A DNA stretch of 64,000 bases. Source: Paludibacteraceae bacterium (lineage in GTDB: Bacteria > Bacteroidota > Bacteroidia > Bacteroidales > Paludibacteraceae). The notes below the pieces were generated by a model that was given only the letters and a program-made list of their open reading frames with translations, did no database searches and had not been told where the DNA came from. The DNA lies in contig JAFWOU010000029.1 in assembly GCA_017509715.1 (NCBI GenBank), positions 127,838-191,837 on the forward strand. Direction: 5' to 3'. The stretch's first letter is position 1. Every line of letters begins with the position of its first letter. Positions 53,503-63,540 of this stretch are shown here, piece after piece. Made by a program: the position numbers and the translations under genes.

Positions 53503-54329
53503 TGGGTACATCGCATAGACATAAAGCAGGTCCGATAGGATCTCCTAATTGGGGGAAATCATCAGCGGCTGTATCATCCATCGCTAATACAGAAAAAGCA
53601 GACGTACAGTTACAGCAAGATCCTTCGATTGCTATTCCACAAGAGGCGGTGGATAGAAAGCGTGTTGTATATGCAAAACGCATTAATACTCAGTATCATA
53701 ACGCTGTTCGTTATTTGGTACGTGCTGCCGGAGGACGAGCATCTGTAAGTTCAGGTCGCTCCAGAGCCGTAGGTAGAGCCGGTGTTGTATGGGCTACAGG
53801 ATTGGCACATGCTTTTCATGAGATTGCGGAACAGGGGTTAGTTACATGGTTGAACAGAAAGGGCTATAATTTTGGGGTTCCACATGATTGTCGCGAAACG
53901 TTGAATATCATTGAAGGTTTCGTGGTAGAATATTTTGTGGGAATGGATGGTACTGCTGCGAGTGAGGCATTAGAGCATGTGATGGATAAAGTGGAGCAAC
54001 TGGCAGAGGGGCAATCTGAGAAATTGGACGAAATTCTCCAAAAAATTATCAGCGAAGATGAAATAAAGGATTTGATAGATGATTTCTTTGGGATATATAT
54101 CTATAGCCATCTTTCTCAAAATTTCAAAGAGAAGTTAGAGAAGGATAAAGGTGTAGAGATTGCAACAAAAACGATGGATGAAATCAAGGAACTTATTCTT
54201 GATGATGTTCATCGTGGTATATCCGGAAGGCCTGCAAGTCGAGTGGATTGGAGAGGAATAGAAGGGGAACAGTTTATTAAGGATGAGTTCAATCGTATTA
54301 TACTAATTTTGACGAACAATGAGGATTAG
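53502..54329 (+). CDS. qatB: hypothetical protein in the QatB position
   Basis: 275 aa. It overlaps qatA by 1 nt and qatC by 11 nt. The assignment rests on position only. Confidence 0.45.
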   Translation: MGTSHRHKAGPIGSPNWGKSSAAVSSIANTEKADVQLQQDPSIAIPQEAVDRKRVVYAKRINTQYHNAVRYLVRAAGGRASVSSGRSRAVGRAGVVWATGLAHAFHEIAEQGLVTWLNRKGYNFGVPHDCRETLNIIEGFVVEYFVGMDGTAASEALEHVMDKVEQLAEGQSEKLDEILQKIISEDEIKDLIDDFFGIYIYSHLSQNFKEKLEKDKGVEIATKTMDEIKELILDDVHRGISGRPASRVDWRGIEGEQFIKDEFNRIILILTNNED

Positions 54330-55653
54330 AGTATTAGGATATAATGTGACGCGACAGAGGAAGAATGCTTATTTACATGTTTCCTTAGAGATTGAGTTTC
54401 CCGAAGGAAGCCGAACCACGTCGTGTAAGATTAATATATCTGAAATTGGTTACTTCTTCGGCAGAGTTCCAGACTTTGTCACATCGTTCTTGCTTATGTC
54501 TGCGATAGTATACGCAATTGATCGTTCTGTATATCGAGAGAAATACTCTGTGGATGGTTGGTCAAGAGAATTTGAAGTGGATTTTGCTCTTCCTACGGCA
54601 GACATTTTTATGGCTAATAAAGAACATATCGATGGGTTGCTTTCCTATTTGACAGGAGATTATTGGAATTGTAATTTTACTTCATATGTGCTAAATCAAC
54701 TGCCAAGATGGAGAGAATCCCACTATTTTGATGATGTAAAGCAAGTGAATCTTTTTTCTGGAGGAATGGATTCGTTGATAGGTGCTATTGATAGCATGGA
54801 ACGTATGATCGAAGGTACCGTGTTTTTAGCATCACATTACGATGATACAATGGGAGGACCGAAAACTGACCAAAAAAGATTGTTGCATCGTTTTGTCAGT
54901 GCATATAATGGGCGTTATAAGAAGTTTAGTACCCCTGTATTGATCTCACCTGAAGTTTCTTCCGATACGACTTGTCGTTCACGTTCAATGTTATTCATCG
55001 CTATTGCACTGCAAGTTGCCGCATATAGGACTGTGGATATCGTTGTTCCAGAAAATGGCTCTGTCTCGCTTAACTATCCGTTATCTCCTTCGAGAAGGGC
55101 ATCATGTAGTACACGAACTACTCACCCTGTAGTGATAGCCAAATTGAAGAAACTATTAGAAAATGTAGGCATGCCTATCAATATAGTTAATCCCTATGAG
55201 TTTATGACGAAGGGAGAGATGGTACAAGCGTGTGCAAACAGACCATTCTTGTTAGATGTGTTACCTGTATCTAATTCATGTGGGAAGAGAGCAAGAAAGC
55301 AATTCTTTTTAGAAGACCATAGTGCAACGCATTGTGGGCACTGTATGCCTTGTATGTACCGGAAAGCTGCTCTTGTTGGGTATGTTGATAGGAGTAGGTA
55401 TGGGGTGTCTATTCCGCGTTTATACGCAGAACGAATGCACAAAATTTCTGATGATTTCTATGCGATGCTAAATTTCTTAAAGAGAGATCTGACGGATGCC
55501 GAGATAGCACGCGAATTGAGGATCGCAGGTATGGGAGGAATGGATCATTTTGATGATTATGTGCAATTAGTGAAGCGAACTCGCGAGGAACTGAAGCGGT
55601 TGATAAATGCGGAAGGTTCATCTGATACGAAGATATATATAGGTTTATGCTGA
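54319..55653 (+). CDS. qatC: QueC-like PP-loop ATPase (QatC-like)
   Basis: It has the PP-loop NLFSGGMDSLIGA and a C-terminal Cys cluster SNSCGK...HCGHCMPCMYRK, like the QueC zinc site. Confidence 0.65.
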   Translation: MRIRVLGYNVTRQRKNAYLHVSLEIEFPEGSRTTSCKINISEIGYFFGRVPDFVTSFLLMSAIVYAIDRSVYREKYSVDGWSREFEVDFALPTADIFMANKEHIDGLLSYLTGDYWNCNFTSYVLNQLPRWRESHYFDDVKQVNLFSGGMDSLIGAIDSMERMIEGTVFLASHYDDTMGGPKTDQKRLLHRFVSAYNGRYKKFSTPVLISPEVSSDTTCRSRSMLFIAIALQVAAYRTVDIVVPENGSVSLNYPLSPSRRASCSTRTTHPVVIAKLKKLLENVGMPINIVNPYEFMTKGEMVQACANRPFLLDVLPVSNSCGKRARKQFFLEDHSATHCGHCMPCMYRKAALVGYVDRSRYGVSIPRLYAERMHKISDDFYAMLNFLKRDLTDAEIARELRIAGMGGMDHFDDYVQLVKRTREELKRLINAEGSSDTKIYIGLC

Positions 55654-56333
55654 TTGATGCGCATTGCCATATTGACATGTTGAAGAATCCGGAAGCGTAC
55701 TTGCAGAAGCAGGAACGGGATGGGAATATTACTATCGGGATGACGAATTTGCCAAGTCATTTTGAGATGGGGTATCCTTATTTTAGGAATTTGAAGCGTA
55801 GTCGATTGGCATTGGGGTATCATCCATTGATGGTTGCTGTGAATCCGAATGAATTGAGGTGCTTTAAAAAGTATTTGCCGTACACATCATATATCGGTGA
55901 GATTGGATTGGATTTCTCGCGAGAAGGGATAGGGTGCAAAGAGATGCAAATGGAGATGTTGCGAAAGATATTGGAGAGTATATCGGGAGAGCGAAAGATT
56001 GTGAGTGTTCATTCGAGGCGAGCTGAGAAAGAGTTGTATGGCTTGTTGCGTGAGTATGACATAAAGAATGTGATTTTTCATTGGTATGGCGGACCATTAG
56101 GATTGATAAGTGAAATAGAGTCTGCGGGATATTATTTCTCAATCAATGAGGCGATGACATATTCGCAGAAAGGGTGTGCTATTATAAAAAAGATGTCCAG
56201 AAGTCGGATTTTGACTGAGACGGATGCTCCGTATAATGAGAAGAATAACATAGTTGCTATGTTAAGACAAGTGGGCATGAGTGAGGAACTGGTAACGGAG
56301 AATTTTTATAGATTGTTGGAAGGAATTAAATAA
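55647..56333 (+). CDS. qatD: TatD-family metal-dependent hydrolase/DNase (QatD-like)
   Basis: It starts MLIDAHCHID, and has later SVHSR, IFHWY and ETDAPY motifs. Confidence 0.75.
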   Translation: MLIDAHCHIDMLKNPEAYLQKQERDGNITIGMTNLPSHFEMGYPYFRNLKRSRLALGYHPLMVAVNPNELRCFKKYLPYTSYIGEIGLDFSREGIGCKEMQMEMLRKILESISGERKIVSVHSRRAEKELYGLLREYDIKNVIFHWYGGPLGLISEIESAGYYFSINEAMTYSQKGCAIIKKMSRSRILTETDAPYNEKNNIVAMLRQVGMSEELVTENFYRLLEGIK

Positions 56334-56670
56334 TCCACAGATATTCAATAGTGGATAATCATATGTAAGAATCATGTACATTTAGGAATGACAACGGCAT
56401 TGAGAATTAAAAATACGAGAATTGAAGATTTTAGAAAGAATAATTGATGGATAAAATATATAATATATTTCTGTCTAAAAATCTTGTGGTTGAATAAGAG
56501 AAAAATTAGAAGAAGTGGCTTAAGAGAGGAACTTTCCCAAAAAGCAGATAAAGCTTTCAATGAAAGACTCCAGTAGGTAATGAGTCGCAATGTGAATAAT
56601 CATCGTGAGACTATTATAATAAGAAGCACATCAATATCGAAAAGAAAACATATTTAATATCTTTTACATT

Positions 56671-59346
56671 ATGGATACTATGAAGACCAATGAGGACTCC
56701 AACCAACGGACAGATCTTCAACACAAACAACGTACAATAAAAGATCTAATTCGTTTCATTAAGAATGTTAGTTATCGGAATGCAGACAAACATCTGCCGA
56801 CTCCTAATTTTTCTGTTTTATTAGGAGCAGGTGCTTCTGTGACATCAGGCATTCGTTCTGGTCAAGATCTAATTATGCACTGGAAAACAGAAATCTATAA
56901 AGATATGAATGATGCCTCAAATGTAGGTGAATTAACAACAGAGAAGATAAATGCGTTTTTTGACTCTACTCGCTTGGATTGGTATGATAAGTCAAATCCG
57001 TATTCATCTCTTTTTGAAAAGCAATTTGATTTACAACGTCAAAGGAGAATTTTTGTAGAAAAGGAAGTGGCGAATAAAAATCCCTCCATTGGATATGCTT
57101 ATTTAGTAAGATTGATAGATGAAGGGTATTTTAATACTATATTTACAACTAATTTTGACGATTTACTGAATGAGGCATTTTATCGTTATTCACATAGTCG
57201 TCCTATCGTCTGTGCACACGATTCATCAATTACTGGTGTAACGGTGACATCGGAACGGCCTAAAATCATTAAGCTTCATGGCGATTATTTATATGATAAT
57301 ATCAAAACCACATTGCGAGAGACAGAGTCCTTGGAGTCGAATATGCGCATGAAGTTCCAGGAATTTGCTAAGGATTTCGGATTAATTGTGGTGGGATATT
57401 CAGGACAGGATCGTTCCATTATGGATATTTTGACTTATTTATTACAGCATGAGGAGTACTTCAAAAATGGTGTTTATTGGTGTCTCAGGAAACAAGATCT
57501 CTTCCACTTGAGCACTGAACTTAAAAAGTTATTATGGAAGGAACGGGTGTACTATGTCTTAATAGATGGCTTTGATGAGTTAATGGCTGAATTTAATAAT
57601 GATTTGAATAATGGCTCATTACCTATAGATGATTCGTTCCTGAGTTGGAGACATCAAGAAGATACTATTAGAGAACTTACGGAAAATAAATTCCTTAAGG
57701 AATCTAAATCCTATATACTTGAGTCTGCATTTAATCGCCTTAATAAGGAGTTAAATAGTAGTAAGTATAATGATTTTATTAACTATCTTAAGAATATTAA
57801 TGAAAAATCGCGTGATGGAGGAAAGAATAATTCATATAAAAGGCGTCCAGAGAGAAAAAGTTATCTAAGAGACCTTTCGGACGAAGAGAGACAGACTCTT
57901 GAAGAGATGCAGCGTAATATTTTTATGGCGTCTCATAACAGAACTTCTCTGAAAGTTAAAACGCAACTAGAAAACATGGATATTCTTAAAATACCTGATA
58001 GTAAGTATAAATTAGAATTATTGCAATTATACGTAGATAGTCATGAGAATCTAACAGACCAACAAATACAATTATATTTTAATGAACTTATACGTTTGGC
58101 TCCAAAAGAGCAAAAATATTATGTTATAGCTTCTAATCGAATAAAGAATTACCAATTATCTATAAAATATATTGAGGATGCTCTTATGTATTTCCCCAAT
58201 GATGCATTTGTTCATGAGCAAATAGCAGAATTATTAATTGAACATTTCGAAGATGCAGGTGCAGCAACATTGGAAGATTTGCAGAAAGCAGAGGGGCATA
58301 TCCAAAGAAGTATCGAGTTAGATGGTAGTGTAAGAAATGATGCATATGGATATCAGGCTCGTTTATATAAATTCAAATATAAAAATGATATTCAAATATT
58401 GAAAAGTAAACAAGATGAATTATGCACGAAGCTATTAGAACAAGATCCTCACCATCCCAATGTATTATACGTTCTCAATCTGTGCAATAAACTAACAGAG
58501 AAGACTATAAAAGAAAGCATAGACTTTTACGCAAAGGCTGATGATAATATTTCTCTTGAAAAATGCTATATGCATTTGTTAGATTTATATGCTGAAGGCT
58601 CAACATATTCTTTCTCTGATATTTCGCAAATTTTTGCAGAATATGAATCACAATTTGAGCCATCTTCAAGTTATCAGATGAGAAAAGGAATGTTGTTAGT
58701 TCAATATGAATATTTGCAAGATGCAGTAGATATTTTTGAATCTCTCGAAGAAACTGAACGAGTTATCATACAAAAATTGAAATGTTATGCATATTTAGAG
58801 CAAAAAGATAAATTTGAAAGTTTATACAATAAAGCAAATAAAACGCCAGTAATCCAAAAGGCTTATTATGAGTTCTCAAATCAATACGAAGAGTTGAAAG
58901 AATATATTAAAACTAACGAACCGATAACATCAGAGAGCTCTATTGGGGAAGTGTTAGAATATGTATTTATATTACTGAAGGTTGGTGATTTCGCTGAAGT
59001 GGAAAGAATATTGAAACCATATTATGACTCTCCACAGTATTGTAATGGAGTTATAATAATAAACTATTTGTTCGCACGTCAAAAACTAGGCAAGAATGTA
59101 GATGGTCAAATAAGAAATAAGATAATAGATTCAAAATATATCCAGTATGAGGACCTCGAGAAAATAGGTGCCTATGGTGTGCTTGGAGATAAGCAAGAAA
59201 TGTATAAGCACCTCAGTAGACTTCTTAAACAGAAGCCGATATTTAAATATAGTATTGATACATGGCCGATAATGGACAAATATAGAAATGAAGAAAAATA
59301 TATTAGTTTTATGAAAAGAAATCCTCAAAGTTTGCGTGAGATATAG
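56671..59346 (+). CDS. SIR2-like (SIR2_2) domain protein with a long C-terminal helical-repeat (TPR-like) region
   Basis: It has VLLGAGASVTSGIRSG, IFTTNFDDLLNEAF and IIKLHGDY. About 550 residues of helical-repeat-like sequence follow. Confidence 0.7.
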   Translation: MDTMKTNEDSNQRTDLQHKQRTIKDLIRFIKNVSYRNADKHLPTPNFSVLLGAGASVTSGIRSGQDLIMHWKTEIYKDMNDASNVGELTTEKINAFFDSTRLDWYDKSNPYSSLFEKQFDLQRQRRIFVEKEVANKNPSIGYAYLVRLIDEGYFNTIFTTNFDDLLNEAFYRYSHSRPIVCAHDSSITGVTVTSERPKIIKLHGDYLYDNIKTTLRETESLESNMRMKFQEFAKDFGLIVVGYSGQDRSIMDILTYLLQHEEYFKNGVYWCLRKQDLFHLSTELKKLLWKERVYYVLIDGFDELMAEFNNDLNNGSLPIDDSFLSWRHQEDTIRELTENKFLKESKSYILESAFNRLNKELNSSKYNDFINYLKNINEKSRDGGKNNSYKRRPERKSYLRDLSDEERQTLEEMQRNIFMASHNRTSLKVKTQLENMDILKIPDSKYKLELLQLYVDSHENLTDQQIQLYFNELIRLAPKEQKYYVIASNRIKNYQLSIKYIEDALMYFPNDAFVHEQIAELLIEHFEDAGAATLEDLQKAEGHIQRSIELDGSVRNDAYGYQARLYKFKYKNDIQILKSKQDELCTKLLEQDPHHPNVLYVLNLCNKLTEKTIKESIDFYAKADDNISLEKCYMHLLDLYAEGSTYSFSDISQIFAEYESQFEPSSSYQMRKGMLLVQYEYLQDAVDIFESLEETERVIIQKLKCYAYLEQKDKFESLYNKANKTPVIQKAYYEFSNQYEELKEYIKTNEPITSESSIGEVLEYVFILLKVGDFAEVERILKPYYDSPQYCNGVIIINYLFARQKLGKNVDGQIRNKIIDSKYIQYEDLEKIGAYGVLGDKQEMYKHLSRLLKQKPIFKYSIDTWPIMDKYRNEEKYISFMKRNPQSLREI

Positions 59347-59478
59347 AATGTAAAAAACATAATTGATTGATTTGTTGTAACTTTATATGCGACATTTTGT
59401 GCGAAAATGTATGCACGCAAAATAGAAAAAGGCTCATATCATCGCGCATAAGTTTGAACAAAAAGTAAGAAAATAAGG

Positions 59479-60885
59479 ATGAGTTATTATAGTACACATT
59501 TTGGAGTGAAACACTCGGCATTTGTAGAAGCAGGAGTGTTTGATGGTCAGATAGGGGAAGATGCATCAATGCACATTAATCCGCTTATGCTTCGTAACTG
59601 CAAAGAAGCGGAGTTTGATGGAGCATATGAGGAGTTCTTGGCATACTTCAAACCGATTATGGATTTAGCTAAGCATGTCCAAAATGTAACGAGGAACGAT
59701 AGGTGTTTTCGTCAAATATGTGTGCGATTTCAATTCAAAGAGTTGCCCAATACCGGACTTGGATATGCGACAAACGGAAGTCATGGCAACGGGATTAGCG
59801 GTAAATTAGCACAACAGTTGGCTATAAATGCGATAGAGATTGTACGATTAGGGATAGAAGATCCAACTATATTTGCTTTATTGCCCCTATTTGAAGAAGG
59901 AATAGGAGCAGATAGGATAAGTGATATGACTATAACCATCCTATATAAGCGATTTTTAGCATATACAGCGCGCAAGGCTAAGGAATTATCCCTGCCGACA
60001 ATATTATTCGTTAACAAAACACAACAGGAGCGTTATCTCCTCCCACACTATAAGCGTAAATGTATGGTGCTAATCCCGGCATCTATTCTATCGGATTTGC
60101 CGATGGCTTCAGATCCGGCAGATATAGACCATGTGAGTGGCTATAATAGCAGTTTGCGTAAAATTATTTGCGAGGCTATTGGGCTTACATGGAAAGATTA
60201 TGAGGATATGCATAAATCTGATTTAAAACGAGAGTTGTTAGCAGATGCGGAACGGTTAGAGGGTATATTGAGTAAAGTATCGGTAGCGACATTCCAACCA
60301 TATGATTTTACAAGAGATGGAAAGCTAAAGTATCTATATCCATTTATTAAGGAAAATATCATTGAGCCAAATCCATTAAAACTTCCTGAGGTAACAGAAC
60401 GGAATGTAATGGATGTAGTTATGCAAATTTGTACACAGTTCAAAGACTTGATAGAGGTGCATCGTATGAGTGTTTTGTTATACAAAGATGGTAAACCACA
60501 AAAAGAGGATGTAGTACAACGGCTATTTTATTGTATAGCAACATCTTATTGTGATGCTAATGATATTGACATCAATAGAGAGTCCGATTCGGGATGTGGT
60601 GAGCTAGATTTCAAGTTTTCCGTAGGTGCTCATAAAAAGGTAATTATTGAAGTGAAGTTATCTGGAAATAATCAACTTGTACATGGTTTAACAACTCAAT
60701 TGCCCATTTATATGGAAGCAGAGAATACTCAAGAGGGTATATATATGGTTATGCGTATGTCGCCAAAGGATGATAATGAGATCGAAAAAGTAATTGAAGT
60801 GCATAAAAAGATGTCAGACGATACGACGAAACCACGATTATTAATTATTGATGCCGTACCGAAACCAAGTGCAAGTAAGGCTTAA
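59479..60885 (+). CDS. hypothetical protein with a C-terminal PD-(D/E)XK-like nuclease motif
   Basis: 468 aa. The C-terminal segment ...GCGELDFKFSVGAHKKVIIEVKLSG fits the D ... E-x-K restriction-endonuclease-like core. The N-terminal ~350 aa were not recognised. Confidence 0.5.
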   Translation: MSYYSTHFGVKHSAFVEAGVFDGQIGEDASMHINPLMLRNCKEAEFDGAYEEFLAYFKPIMDLAKHVQNVTRNDRCFRQICVRFQFKELPNTGLGYATNGSHGNGISGKLAQQLAINAIEIVRLGIEDPTIFALLPLFEEGIGADRISDMTITILYKRFLAYTARKAKELSLPTILFVNKTQQERYLLPHYKRKCMVLIPASILSDLPMASDPADIDHVSGYNSSLRKIICEAIGLTWKDYEDMHKSDLKRELLADAERLEGILSKVSVATFQPYDFTRDGKLKYLYPFIKENIIEPNPLKLPEVTERNVMDVVMQICTQFKDLIEVHRMSVLLYKDGKPQKEDVVQRLFYCIATSYCDANDIDINRESDSGCGELDFKFSVGAHKKVIIEVKLSGNNQLVHGLTTQLPIYMEAENTQEGIYMVMRMSPKDDNEIEKVIEVHKKMSDDTTKPRLLIIDAVPKPSASKA

Positions 60886-60947
60886 AACACCAAAAATCGT
60901 TCTTTTCATTACAAAAGTAAGAAATATTAAAGAAATTGGGTGAAAAA

Positions 60948-60979
60948 TTTGGAGAATTGAAATAAATGTAGTAATTTTG
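60948..60979 (+). promoter_or_regulatory. Bacteroides-type promoter: TTTG-N20-TAatTTTG
   Basis: TTTG lies at 60948-60951 and TAATTTTG at 60972-60979. Confidence 0.6.
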
Positions 60980-61022
60980 CAGCGGATTTGCAATTTATAA
61001 TTGATGTGTGATAAATAGCAAA

Positions 61023-61976
61023 ATGGATGTTAACGTACGAAATATCAGCGAATACATCGAGAAAATGGTAGGTGCAGAAGTGCAGATCGAGCCATTAGAT
61101 AAGGCTAAAAGGCAAGCACTTCCGGTTCTGATTACGAATGCCTATCAGTTGCTGCAATGTCAGTTGCTGGGTGCGGAGGTGAGTCTGATGGTTTGCAAGG
61201 ATGCCAATGCGACACCGATGCAACTGAAAAAGCATTGTGCGATAGTAGAAAGGGCATTGGAGATGCATGCTGCTGTGGTGCTGCCGGAAGTGAAGCCGTA
61301 CAACATGAAGCGGTTGGTGGATGCACGAGTGAACACGATTGTTCCGGGACGTCAGTTGTTCCTGCCTTCGCTGCTGATGGATCTGCGTGTACAACGTAAT
61401 CCGGTGGATATGGTAGGCAAACCGATGCCGGTGATGGCACAAGTGGTTGTGCTATACCATCTACAGAAGCATAGTCTGAACTGGATGTCGGCTCAGCCTA
61501 TTGCAGAGTTGATGGACGTATCGTACCCGAACATCAATCGCGCTGTGAAATGGTTGGCAGACAATGGGTTTGTTGAGTTGAGTCTAGGCCGTGAGAAGCA
61601 GATGCAGTTCATCCATGAAGGTAAGGAACTATGGGAGCAAGCGTTGCCGGTGCTGCAGAGTCCGATTGAGCGTGTGCTACGAACGGATCGAATGTTGGAT
61701 GCGTATGTTTGCGGAGAGGAGGCGTTGGCTGAGTTGACGATGTTGGCAGAACCGCAGGAACGGCATTGGGCCATTACGAAACAGGAAGCGCAACAGTTGG
61801 GTGCGGAGTTGCACAAGGAGTTTGGTGAGCATGTGGTGGAGGTTTGGCGCTATAATCCGAAGTTGATGGGAGAGAACGGGATGGTGGATAGGCTGTCGTT
61901 GTATTTGTCGCTACGGGACACAGAGGATGAGCGGGTAAGGAAAGAGGTAAAAGGATTGGTAATTGGTAAATGGTAA
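61023..61976 (+). CDS. winged-helix protein, AbiEi-like antitoxin/regulator candidate
   Basis: SAQPIAELMDVSYPNINRAVKWLADNGFVEL is MarR/wHTH-like. It is directly coupled to the downstream nucleotidyltransferase-fold gene by a 7-nt overlap. Confidence 0.4.
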   Translation: MDVNVRNISEYIEKMVGAEVQIEPLDKAKRQALPVLITNAYQLLQCQLLGAEVSLMVCKDANATPMQLKKHCAIVERALEMHAAVVLPEVKPYNMKRLVDARVNTIVPGRQLFLPSLLMDLRVQRNPVDMVGKPMPVMAQVVVLYHLQKHSLNWMSAQPIAELMDVSYPNINRAVKWLADNGFVELSLGREKQMQFIHEGKELWEQALPVLQSPIERVLRTDRMLDAYVCGEEALAELTMLAEPQERHWAITKQEAQQLGAELHKEFGEHVVEVWRYNPKLMGENGMVDRLSLYLSLRDTEDERVRKEVKGLVIGKW

Positions 61977-62749
61977 TTAGTGATATGATAACGGGATTGG
62001 AATTGTTTAAGGAGCGGTTTGCGGCATATGCGGACAGTTATGTGCTAATCGGAGGTGCGGCATGTTATGTGCATGAAGAGGCGGGTGCTCAGATGCCACG
62101 TGCCACAAAGGATCTGGATGTAGTGCTGGTGGTAGAGGCGTTGTCAGCTGATTTTGTGCGTGAGTTTTGGCAGTTTGCGCGTGAAGGAGGCTATGAACGT
62201 CGTCAACGAAGCGCTGACAAACATGAGTGTTTCCGCTTCCTTAAACCGCAAGACAAGCGTTATCCGAAGCAAATTGAGTTGTTTGCACGTGCCATAGGGG
62301 TGCTGCATATTCCTGACGATGCTCATTTGGAGCCTATACCGGCAGAGGATGAGTTGTCAAGTCTGTCGGCAATATTGATGAACGAGAGTTATTATCGTTT
62401 TACGATAGCGCATAGTCGGTTGGAGGACGGATTGCATGTGGCAAATGCGGAGGCGCTGATATGCTTGAAGGCGAAGGCGTACAATGATTTGCGTGCACGG
62501 AAAGAGCAAGGAGGCGATGTGGATTCGGATGATATAGAGAAGCATAAGAAAGATGTGTTCCGCTTGGCACCGATGCTGACGGAAGGAGCACGATATGCGT
62601 TGCCGGAGGAGATGGAGGCTGATATGCGGGAGTTTGTGGCGAGAGTGGCTGAGGAGTTGCCGAATGAGGATTTTCTGCGTGCCGTAGGACTTGGTGCGCA
62701 ACGTGTGGAAGGATTGCTAGATGTGCTGAAAAGAGCGTATTTGGAATGA
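61970..62749 (+). CDS. nucleotidyltransferase-fold protein, AbiEii/AbiGii-like toxin candidate
   Basis: LIGGAACYVHEE...RATKDLDVVL fits the pol-beta NTase pattern G-G/S ... D-x-D. It is 259 aa. Confidence 0.45.
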   Translation: MVISDMITGLELFKERFAAYADSYVLIGGAACYVHEEAGAQMPRATKDLDVVLVVEALSADFVREFWQFAREGGYERRQRSADKHECFRFLKPQDKRYPKQIELFARAIGVLHIPDDAHLEPIPAEDELSSLSAILMNESYYRFTIAHSRLEDGLHVANAEALICLKAKAYNDLRARKEQGGDVDSDDIEKHKKDVFRLAPMLTEGARYALPEEMEADMREFVARVAEELPNEDFLRAVGLGAQRVEGLLDVLKRAYLE

Positions 62750-63540
62750 AGCCGTGGGTGGTGACATATAAGGATGCGAAATCGCTGGTGATATGCGGGG
62801 ATATACATGGTGAGTTTGTGCCGTTGGTGTATGAGATGTGTGTGCGGTACGGGATGCGGGATACGCTGGTGATTGTGGCAGGAGATTGCGGATTCGGGTT
62901 TGAGAAACCGGGTGCGTATGATCAGGTTTTTCGGCGTATCGAGAAGCGTTTGACGCAGAACAACTGCTGGATAGCGATGGTGCGGGGTAATCATGACGAC
63001 CCTGCGTATTTTGCTACGGATTCAGCTGGACATACTGCGATTGAGCACATGCGCTGGAGGACAGTGCCAGACTATGCGGTGATTGAGGCTTGCGGACGAA
63101 CGGTGCTGTGCGTGGGAGGTGCGGTGAGTGTGGATCGGCAGATTAGGTTGCAAGAGATGAGTCGGCATCCAGGGAAGGTGTATTACTGGCCGGATGAAGC
63201 AGTTCGGTATGATGCTCCGGCACTGGAGGCGATACGGGATGCCGGACTGAAAGTGGATATCGTGGTGAGTCATACGGCTCCGTCGTTCTGTGAGTTTCAG
63301 TCGAAAAGCGGATTGGCGAGTTGGGCAAAGGATGATCCGGGATTGATTGCGGAATGTGAGGTAGAACGGCAGACGATGGATGCGATTTTGGCACATCTGA
63401 AGCGAGATGGACATCCGTTGGAGCGGTGGTACTATGGACATTTTCATAACTCGTGGCATAGCGAGATAGATGGTGTGTGGTACAAGATGCTGGATATTAT
63501 GGAGTTGCTGGAGGTGCCGAGGATAAAAGAAGAAAATTAA
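62746..63540 (+). CDS. calcineurin-like metallophosphoesterase
   Basis: It has ICGDIHGEF, AGDCGFG, VRGNHDDP, VSHTAP and YGHFH motifs. An ATGA overlap joins it to the upstream gene. Confidence 0.75.
   Translation: MKPWVVTYKDAKSLVICGDIHGEFVPLVYEMCVRYGMRDTLVIVAGDCGFGFEKPGAYDQVFRRIEKRLTQNNCWIAMVRGNHDDPAYFATDSAGHTAIEHMRWRTVPDYAVIEACGRTVLCVGGAVSVDRQIRLQEMSRHPGKVYYWPDEAVRYDAPALEAIRDAGLKVDIVVSHTAPSFCEFQSKSGLASWAKDDPGLIAECEVERQTMDAILAHLKRDGHPLERWYYGHFHNSWHSEIDGVWYKMLDIMELLEVPRIKEEN

Noticed and set aside
56658-56665. TAtcTTTT box just upstream of the SIR2 gene as its promoter.
   Set aside because: It ends only 5 nt before the ATG, lacks the final G, and has no TTTG at -33. The real start of transcription for the SIR2 gene is undetermined.
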